A stretch of DNA of 64,000 nucleotides, from contig JAAXWF010000002.1 of NCBI GenBank assembly GCA_013335095.1, positions 80,516 through 144,515 of the forward strand, written 5' to 3'. This document shows positions 57,212-64,000 of this stretch, piece by piece. The DNA is from a candidate division WWE3 bacterium. Lineage in GTDB: Bacteria; Patescibacteriota; 4484-211; GCA-002791395. Within the stretch, counting starts at the first letter, position 1. Every line of letters begins with the position of its first letter. A program made the position numbers and the translations under genes. The notes under the pieces were generated by a model that made no database searches, was not told the origin of the DNA, and saw nothing but the letters and a program-made list of their open reading frames with translations.

Positions 57212-59269
57212 CTACTTCGCTACAACCGGAATTGTTTGAATGTCGACTGAACGATTTGAGCCGTTTTCGTTCAGATTGAGTCCGAGCAACGACAGAATCC
57301 CTCCAATTGGAATTGAACCAATCAGTTGGAAGTTTGCCCGCTCACGAATCCGATTTATCGCCGAAACGACATCGGTCTCACCCTGCATAAGCTGTTCGAC
57401 CTGCTCCAAGGCATCAGCCAGGCTGAGATTCGAGAATACCCTTGGATCAATCTCACCAAGAACACCCCGTACCCGAGCCATGATCGAGACAAGACTCGAC
57501 CAAAGTTCGGTCGATTCAGGACTACCTCCACTACCAAAAAGATTACCGATTACTGGGATTTCATGCCCAACAACCGAAGCACCTTCGGATAGTGAAAGCA
57601 GCTGATTAATCAGCTGACTCATCTGACCGCCATTACCAAACAGCCTGACGTCCAGCTGAGGAGCCAGAGCTTTGAACGCCTCAAGTCGGGTTTCAGCCTG
57701 TAGCCGTGCCAGTTCGAGCTGAAGCGTATGATCCATACGAATCCGCTCAAGATCGACCAGTACGGGAGCCTCGGCGTATAGAGTAGCCAAGAGCCGCTGA
57801 GCTTCGATACTAGCGGCTTGCCTCGCCCTGTCGATCTCGACCTGGGCAAGACCTTCGGCACGAACGACCTCAACGCGCTTCTGGTCTACCGCGACCTGAG
57901 CTGCAGCAATTTCGGCAGCAGCCAAGCCTGATGCAGCTTCACGTGCTCGAGTTGCATTAGCCTCAACCAACGCAGCCTGTGCGGTGATCGTTGCCGATTC
58001 AGCCTGCGCGCGTGCCTGAGCAAGCTGAGCCTCAGTTTGTGCTCGAGTTGTAATACTCTGAGCCACGGCTTGTGATTCAGCGGCAATCCGCTCTGTTTCG
58101 GCGGCACTACCAGCAGAAATTAGCCGGACTTCTTTCTCACGCTCGGCAGCGGCTAAATCGCGTTGCCGGTCAATTGCAGTCTGCGCAGTTGTAGCTTCGC
58201 TCTGAAGCTGGATTTGAGCTGTTTGAACAGCCCGGTCCTTTTCAGCATCAGCTACGGCGCGACTCCGCGCGAGTTCAATATCTCGAGTCTGCTGAGCTGT
58301 AAGTCGCTCACCATCGAGGGCTATTTGAGCAAGCGCAGCGGAATGCTCACGCTGAGCGACGGTTTGATCACGTTCAACCTGAGCCAGGCGCAACTGGTGA
58401 GTTGCGGCGGCCAATGATTCTCGTTGATCATTCGTTGCCGTCTCAACATCGCGTTGAGTACGAAGCTCTCGCTGTTTAACATCCAGCGTTGTAGCCGTAG
58501 TCAATTCAGACTCACGGCGTGTTCTGGCATTATCGTCCTCAATGCGTGTTAATTCAGCGGCATTGATACCGATGGTCGTCTGAGCAGTAACCTCAGCCGT
58601 CGCTTGTCGAACGATTTGATCGTAGGCGTCACCGGCTAACCGGATTACACGCAAAAACGCCAAATCATAACCAAGCTCGGCCAGAGTCGTATTGACCCGG
58701 TCGGTCGCAACATCACCAAGACGTTGCATATTCGCAATAATCTCGTCGAGGGACATCGAGGCAGCCGCAACAATCAGCTGAGTCGTTGTTTCGGAGATAA
58801 TCGAGTGTACAAGACCCGACACGTCCGTACCGACACGCTGAGCAGCCACCAAGGCCTTTGACGAATCCAATTTAGCTTCGACATGAGCCCAGGCCCTAAA
58901 AGAGACCCGGTGCTTATCGAGGAGCTCAATGCCTCGCTCACCTTCACCAGAAATCTCAACGGTAAAGCTGTATGTTCGAAGCTTTACCACCTGAGCATTG
59001 GCGTTAAGCCAATAGATTGATGGCGCACCAGCGGTCTGACCGAATACGCTGGTTTCTTTACTCGGTGCCCAACTGTGAATCCCGTGGCCTACAACCACAT
59101 GGACTTCATCGGGCCGAACAATTACTCGATTACCAAAGCCAAATATGCGCCAAAATCCGCGCACGCGATCGGCTTCGGTCGAAAGAGAGGCCATAACTTC
59201 GGTGACCGACTGACCACGCCCACCCTGTGACGTATTCACGAATGATGCTCCTTCACTGTACGAATACAC
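57212..59269 (-). CDS. flotillin-like SPFH/band-7 domain protein with long Ala/Glu/Gln-rich coiled-coil
   Basis: N-terminal SPFH fold (…VKLRTYSFTVEISGEGERGIELLDKHRVSFRAWAHVEAKL…MSLDEIIANMQRLGDVATDRVNTTLAELGYDLAFLRVI…). It is followed by ~250 aa of AEAxRExE-type flotillin repeats. Distinctly GC-rich (~55%). Confidence 0.55.
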   Translation of the reverse strand: MYSYSEGASFVNTSQGGRGQSVTEVMASLSTEADRVRGFWRIFGFGNRVIVRPDEVHVVVGHGIHSWAPSKETSVFGQTAGAPSIYWLNANAQVVKLRTYSFTVEISGEGERGIELLDKHRVSFRAWAHVEAKLDSSKALVAAQRVGTDVSGLVHSIISETTTQLIVAAASMSLDEIIANMQRLGDVATDRVNTTLAELGYDLAFLRVIRLAGDAYDQIVRQATAEVTAQTTIGINAAELTRIEDDNARTRRESELTTATTLDVKQRELRTQRDVETATNDQRESLAAATHQLRLAQVERDQTVAQREHSAALAQIALDGERLTAQQTRDIELARSRAVADAEKDRAVQTAQIQLQSEATTAQTAIDRQRDLAAAEREKEVRLISAGSAAETERIAAESQAVAQSITTRAQTEAQLAQARAQAESATITAQAALVEANATRAREAASGLAAAEIAAAQVAVDQKRVEVVRAEGLAQVEIDRARQAASIEAQRLLATLYAEAPVLVDLERIRMDHTLQLELARLQAETRLEAFKALAPQLDVRLFGNGGQMSQLINQLLSLSEGASVVGHEIPVIGNLFGSGGSPESTELWSSLVSIMARVRGVLGEIDPRVFSNLSLADALEQVEQLMQGETDVVSAINRIRERANFQLIGSIPIGGILSLLGLNLNENGSNRSVDIQTIPVVAK

Positions 59270-59428
59270 GCTCCATAACGATTAAGCTCACGTTATGATG
59301 ATGCGATAGGCATCTCCTGATGGATTAATCAACACAGCCGCGATTGGCTATGAAGGTCGTCGCAATTATAATTGAAATAAACCTAATGTCAAAATTTATA
59401 AGATATAGTTAAAAATAGAGTAAAGATA

Positions 59429-59923
59429 CTAACGCTTCAAGCTAAAATACGCAATCAACCGATAATTATCGCCTTCTTTAAAATAACTCTTTCCGATCAG
59501 AGCGTTCTCGTCTATCTGAACGACTTCATCTATCGCAGGATGAAAAATTTGAGGATCGGGGATTGGATCGTACGTTAGTTTTAGTACGTCCATGTCATTC
59601 TCAATAGACCGTTCAACTGCATATTTAAACGGCCAAACATGGATACCAGCAGCATCAATCTTAGGTTTAATTTTATGCCCGAATACCCGAAGCAAAGATA
59701 GATACGAAGTAGATATGACATTATCCCCGGAGGATGTTGAACTATCGAACACTACACCCTTCCACGGACTCCAGAGAGTAGTTAGTGGATCACCGATCTT
59801 TTCATAAATAGTTTTTGGGATAAGTAATGCAATTTGACTTTTAAAATACCCATCAACACGATCGGGAACGGATCCAGTTTGAAAAGCCCGTTCGAGAAAA
59901 CCGATTTCCGAAAGTCCAGCCAT
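59429..59923 (-). CDS. hypothetical protein (164 aa)
   Basis: ORF with no recognisable motif; low-GC native composition. Confidence 0.4.
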   Translation of the reverse strand: MAGLSEIGFLERAFQTGSVPDRVDGYFKSQIALLIPKTIYEKIGDPLTTLWSPWKGVVFDSSTSSGDNVISTSYLSLLRVFGHKIKPKIDAAGIHVWPFKYAVERSIENDMDVLKLTYDPIPDPQIFHPAIDEVVQIDENALIGKSYFKEGDNYRLIAYFSLKR

Positions 59924-59964
59924 TGTACTATTGTACCGATTATCTTCTAAAGCGCAAAGAAAAG

Positions 59965-61368
59965 TTAGGGTAATTTTGATTTAGGTGTTTTTTTTCTACT
60001 TGGGGAGCGACCTTTTTTGTTTTCATTCAATAAACCAATTCGCTTTATAAAGTACGGTGTTAGTGGTGGCTCAACGACCAAGGTCAATAGAATAACCCAC
60101 ATTCCGATTCCAATGGCAAATTCGGAATTAATGATATCTTCCTGTGCCGAAATTATAAGAAGTATAGCCGAAATGATACCGGTTTCTCGAATAAAACTTA
60201 GGAATAAGGAATCTTGAATCGTCAGTGTTTTATCCCACATCCACGGAATAAGTGAAATAAATACAACCAGTGGCCGTAGAACAAACATGAATAATAGTGC
60301 ACTAACAAGTCCAAGAGGGGCAAGCGCCATCAACGTCGAAAAAGGTACCAACGCACCTAACAAAATGAATATAAACGGTTCAATCAAGTGATTTAGTAAA
60401 CTCTCATAAAAATGGGAGACTTTCTTTAATCCACCTTCGATATCGGAGAAAAGACCACTAATAAATGCCGCTAAAAATCCAGCACCACCCAAAACATTAC
60501 CTAATGCAAAAGTATAAATCGGGACCGTTAAAAGCAGCGCGGGGTCGGCTTCCTGATCTTGCGCTTCGGTGTAATAAAACTTTTTAATTAGCACATACCC
60601 TAAATATCCAACGATGATTCCGGTAATAATCTGAAGTCCCAGCGCATCATAACTAGATTTATCAAATAGAGGGAAAAAGTAGGACACAATCGACCGGTCT
60701 GAGGAGGTCAAGCTAGAAGCCAAAAACGCGACAAGTAAGAACCGAGTTAAGATACTACCACTCACATCAGTTAAAGCACTTTCGGATATCGCAATCTCCT
60801 TTAAGAAGGGGTGGCGCAGTTTGATATTCTTTAATGTCGGTATGATTGCCGTGCCTTCGGTCGAGGCAAGCGCAGCACCCAGTACTAATAAAGAGGGTAT
60901 TAGTCCAGGTTCAAAAAAACCAAATGAAGAAGCTAATAGATACAAAATAACAGTAAATCCCATCGATGAGATCAAAACGCCTATAAGTGACAATGATGTT
61001 ATTGGGAAAAACCATTTTTTAAAATTTCGAAACGGAATCTCTAGACCGCCAGAAAATAGAATAATGGCGCCGATAACTTCGAGCGCAAGCGCTAAACCTC
61101 TTAGATTACTTGTATATAGCCCCAATAATGGCTGCATCGCCATACCCGCAAATATTGCCCATACAAATGACGGAATCGCCGTTCGTGGGGCAATTCGGTT
61201 AATAAAATAGCCCATGAATAAAATGCTACCCAAGATAAAAATCTGCACATCTTCTTCAAGAAAAAGATCTGGCATACGATCAAAGAGATATCTCGAAAGA
61301 ATTGATATTGTTAACAGGAAAATAATTAAAAGAACATAGGAGACCGGTATACGCTTAAGCTTAAACAT
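59965..61368 (-). CDS. cation:proton antiporter, CPA1 / NhaP-type Na+(K+)/H+ exchanger
   Basis: Polytopic protein with the family signatures 'ALASTEGTAIIP' (cf. ATDPVAV) and 'YESLLNHLIEPFIFILLG' (cf. GESLLND), plus a basic C-terminal tail. Confidence 0.6.
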   Translation of the reverse strand: MFKLKRIPVSYVLLIIFLLTISILSRYLFDRMPDLFLEEDVQIFILGSILFMGYFINRIAPRTAIPSFVWAIFAGMAMQPLLGLYTSNLRGLALALEVIGAIILFSGGLEIPFRNFKKWFFPITSLSLIGVLISSMGFTVILYLLASSFGFFEPGLIPSLLVLGAALASTEGTAIIPTLKNIKLRHPFLKEIAISESALTDVSGSILTRFLLVAFLASSLTSSDRSIVSYFFPLFDKSSYDALGLQIITGIIVGYLGYVLIKKFYYTEAQDQEADPALLLTVPIYTFALGNVLGGAGFLAAFISGLFSDIEGGLKKVSHFYESLLNHLIEPFIFILLGALVPFSTLMALAPLGLVSALLFMFVLRPLVVFISLIPWMWDKTLTIQDSLFLSFIRETGIISAILLIISAQEDIINSEFAIGIGMWVILLTLVVEPPLTPYFIKRIGLLNENKKGRSPSRKKTPKSKLP

Positions 61369-61414
61369 GTATACAGTATTTATACTCTGCCATACACAAG
61401 CTGGTAAAGAGTGA

Positions 61415-62143
61415 TTAATTATGAGAAAACGCTTGAGGAATTATGTTTATCTGTTGACCGGCAGATACAAAAAAATCACTAACAGTATGAGCAAATGATG
61501 ATTGTGTACGCTTAGCTAAAACGGTGATGGCGCTACTATCGACAAAGTTCTTTGCATCGGTCGGATTATTAAACGACATTACATATTGAACAGAACGACT
61601 CGATATACTCGCGGTCGGCAGCAAGTTTAGTGAATTTAGTTGATATAAGTCTCTGGTTGCGTGATTCTGGGCAAAAAAGTCAGTATAACTACTCAGATCA
61701 GTTTTCGAAGGCAATTCAACGATCACGGTAGAATCATCAAAAGGCTGAAGCGACACAAAATAATCAAGGGCTTTTACTGTACTTCCGGCGGCGACTTCTT
61801 TACCAGATACAATTGATTCAGCCGGACTTATCACATATATTTTATTATTCTCAATACGGTACATAGCTGAATTGATTGTTGGTAATGGATTTTCAGTATC
61901 GGTAATAGGTGTGATTACTGCAATTATCTGATTTTTATGGATAAGTTGGCCATCATATATGGGCAATTCTTCAACGATACCGTACACCGGAGAGGAGATC
62001 CGTAACTCTTTTTTCTCTATGGTTCCAGTTAATTGATCCATTCCTTGCCTTAGATTGGCCGCATTAACAATGACCATGATTACTCCGAGTGAAACAATCA
62101 TAATGATAAAGAATGTAATAATCTCGCGAATAAGTAATCTCAT
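61415..62143 (-). CDS. membrane-anchored HlyD/biotin-lipoyl-like (membrane-fusion-type) accessory protein
   Basis: N-terminal TM, then 'KELRISSPVYGIVEELPIYDGQLIHKNQIIAVI' (biotin-lipoyl-like hairpin typical of HlyD-family partners). Start overlaps the GT2 stop (ATGA), indicating an operon. Confidence 0.45.
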   Translation of the reverse strand: MRLLIREIITFFIIMIVSLGVIMVIVNAANLRQGMDQLTGTIEKKELRISSPVYGIVEELPIYDGQLIHKNQIIAVITPITDTENPLPTINSAMYRIENNKIYVISPAESIVSGKEVAAGSTVKALDYFVSLQPFDDSTVIVELPSKTDLSSYTDFFAQNHATRDLYQLNSLNLLPTASISSRSVQYVMSFNNPTDAKNFVDSSAITVLAKRTQSSFAHTVSDFFVSAGQQINIIPQAFSHN

Positions 62144-63639
62144 AACATTTTATTACGAACATAAGTATACCTATAAGAGTCAATTAGTACAACGCTGATA
62201 ATTAAGACATTAATTGCCATCCACCCGATGTACCAGGCTGTCTCGACCCTGGCCGTTAAGTATCCCATAAAAGTTAAACTAAGTACGGATACGGCAGCGA
62301 CTACATAAAATAATAGAGGTACGATTCGCTGGGCGATAATTTCACGAGTAATAAAGTTTGTTTCTTTCCAATGAAACGAAGACTGTAAGACCGCAGCGAG
62401 AAGTGCCGTTACATATGGTACAAACGAAATCAATCCAAGCATCATTGTTTCAATTCGATTTTTCTCGATTAAAATAATAAAAAAGCCCAAATTTGTAACA
62501 AAATAAAGCGCATACACTGACAACCATTGCGAGAAAAACTCCGGATCAATGGCCTTAATATTCAAAAAGATTCCAATTAACGGACTAAATAAATATATCG
62601 CTACGGCAATTCCTGACAAATAAAAAAGATTAGAAAATGCGTATTGGATCTTTTGGTCAAAATTCAGGCGGTTGTCGCGTAGTGGATTACGGCTAAAAAG
62701 CATAGTAAATCCACCGAGTGCCCAACGGAACTGCTGGTTAAAGAATGATATCAATGTAGTAGGAGCCAGTCCCACAGCCAGCTGTTTATCGAGATAAAAT
62801 ACACGGTAGCCGTTTTCGGCCAATGAGAGTGAAGTAAATAAATCTTCTGAGTGATTTATGTTGGTTATTCCACCTACTTGTCTCAAAGCACTCGCCCGAT
62901 ACACAACGTTCGTACCGACAATAAATGAACTCCCAAGCATATGTTTAGCCGGCATAATATAACGATAAAATAGATTTTCGATATACTTCATTCCACGAGC
63001 AAATATCGTGTCTTCGTTGTAGTAACCTTGGGGAGTCTGAACAGCTCCAACAGTCAGATCGCTAAAAAGGGGAAGGGTCGAGCTTAAAAACTCAGGATGG
63101 GGAAGGTAATCAGCATCAAATACGGCAATAAACTCAGTCTTAACTTTTGAAATACCAAAATTTAGGTTTCCGGCTTTGAAAAAATCACGGACATTTCGGC
63201 GATGATAATAAATATCTTCATTTTCGGCCAATCGCTTTAATTCGTTTCGTTGTCCATCATCCAGTAAATGAACTTCAAAACTTCCATGGATTTTTTTTAC
63301 TGCCGCGATTGTCTGCTTTATAATTCCAAGTTCCTCATTAACGATCGGTATTAATATCGCTGTTTTTACCTTAGCGAGCTTTCGCCCATTTGTCGAAAGC
63401 GTTTCGATCTCCTGATAATAACGATATTTAAAAAGCTCAAAGTATAAAACAGTTCCCCATGTTAAGGTAAAGATACAAAGCATAATGACGTCAGCCACCG
63501 CATTCAATAAGAAATAATAGGTGTTACCCCAGTGGTTAGGATTTAGTAAAAACAACCCGTACTGGATATCAGCAAGAATAGCCAAGATAAAAAGAAACAA
63601 TTTTATTAAGCTCGAATGATTCAGTGCTTTTATTTCCAT
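62140..63639 (-). CDS. processive family-2 glycosyltransferase (cellulose/chitin/hyaluronan-synthase-like) integral membrane synthase
   Basis: 'LLDDGQ' (D), 'VFDADY' (DxD), 'NHSEDLFTS' (TED) and 'QQFRWALGG' (QxxRW), with N- and C-terminal TM bundles. Confidence 0.75.
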   Translation of the reverse strand: MEIKALNHSSLIKLFLFILAILADIQYGLFLLNPNHWGNTYYFLLNAVADVIMLCIFTLTWGTVLYFELFKYRYYQEIETLSTNGRKLAKVKTAILIPIVNEELGIIKQTIAAVKKIHGSFEVHLLDDGQRNELKRLAENEDIYYHRRNVRDFFKAGNLNFGISKVKTEFIAVFDADYLPHPEFLSSTLPLFSDLTVGAVQTPQGYYNEDTIFARGMKYIENLFYRYIMPAKHMLGSSFIVGTNVVYRASALRQVGGITNINHSEDLFTSLSLAENGYRVFYLDKQLAVGLAPTTLISFFNQQFRWALGGFTMLFSRNPLRDNRLNFDQKIQYAFSNLFYLSGIAVAIYLFSPLIGIFLNIKAIDPEFFSQWLSVYALYFVTNLGFFIILIEKNRIETMMLGLISFVPYVTALLAAVLQSSFHWKETNFITREIIAQRIVPLLFYVVAAVSVLSLTFMGYLTARVETAWYIGWMAINVLIISVVLIDSYRYTYVRNKML

Positions 63640-64000
63640 AAATAGTAGAAGGTTCGCGGGATATACTCAGAGTCACGTTGATCTGGAAGAAGTTCTCCAC
63701 CAACATGATTTATCTTCTTTACATATTCGAAGTAATTGATGAATCCAGTCCCGGCATTTTGAGCAAATTTAGGTTCAAAGTAGGATCGGAGTGCTGAAAG
63801 CTTTGTTTCAGAAAACTTTAGAGACACCGCACTTGAGGGTGAGAGTGGAAGAAGTTGTATGCCTAATATTTTGTCGTCTTGAGCGCTAAACCAGGTCGCA
63901 TAATCGAACTTTCCACCCCAGATAATTGATGCGATAGGAGCAGTGTAGCGATCATTGGGGTAATTAATACCGTCAAAGAACCAATAGGTATTACGCCCTA
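63630..64000 (-). CDS. hypothetical protein, 3'-portion (gene starts beyond window end); first gene of the GT2 operon
   Basis: The - strand frame is open from position 64000 down to the stop at 63630 (…GRNTYWFFDGINYPNDRYTAPIASIIWGGKFDYATWFSAQDDKILGIQLL…YLWK*). The ORF-track entry 63630..63827 is only its GTG-initiated tail. It overlaps the GT2 start by 10 nt. Confidence 0.45.
   Translation of the reverse strand, partial: GRNTYWFFDGINYPNDRYTAPIASIIWGGKFDYATWFSAQDDKILGIQLLPLSPSSAVSLKFSETKLSALRSYFEPKFAQNAGTGFINYFEYVKKINHVGGELLPDQRDSEYIPRTFYYLWK

Noticed and set aside
1-64000. CRISPR array or cas genes
   Set aside because: No run of regularly spaced short direct repeats anywhere. The only tandem repeats are the 420-bp coding repeats in paralog 3. 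No Cas-like proteins were recognised.

Overview
This window is about 64 kb of a low-GC bacterial chromosome, roughly 38-42% GC by eye. Gene content suggests a CPR/Patescibacteria-like or similar reduced-genome organism; this is inference only. Left end (1-8.6 kb): convergent zwf (5'-partial) and a short-form gnd, then metG behind a leaderless-type promoter. These are followed by a LytR_C-domain membrane protein, a secreted Cys-rich protein and a large secreted enzyme with two GH5-like catalytic domains, a putative CBM and a C-terminal type-I-dockerin-like module. Centre (8.6-36.1 kb) is the dominant structure: a tightly packed, same-strand (-) array of five giant paralogous genes of 1675-2076 aa. 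Each has an N-terminal signal-anchor. Four have a DUF2341-like N-domain, and all carry many LamG/concanavalin-A-like jelly-roll repeats sharing conserved linker motifs (GYWK[LF]DE, REYCVPGDTxTCNP, YNYARTP[SA]QI). One paralog carries an embedded degenerate Hint / bacterial-intein-like (BIL) module. Another has a different N-terminal beta-helix-like region built from about 2.5 near-identical 420-bp tandem DNA repeats. Downstream (36.2-40.5 kb) is a compositionally foreign GC-rich island, up to about 60% GC. It encodes a eukaryote-type choline/carnitine O-acyltransferase-family homolog, an HExxH protein and a 383-aa unknown. Further small GC-rich insertions lie at 51.6-52.1 kb and in the flotillin gene at 57.2-59.3 kb. 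The right third carries an RRM protein, BipA/TypA, a type IV pilin, a DAG-kinase-family lipid kinase, a HAD hydrolase, a second small dockerin-bearing membrane protein, a solute-binding protein plus orphan sensor histidine kinase, a SAM methyltransferase, a VIT/CCC1 protein, flotillin, an NhaP-type antiporter and a processive GT2 synthase operon that runs off the window. Two dockerin-bearing proteins and one further secreted protein share an N-proximal 'FPKKESSA' motif that is also near-identical at nucleotide level. No rRNA, tRNA, CRISPR array, transposase or integrase was recognised.
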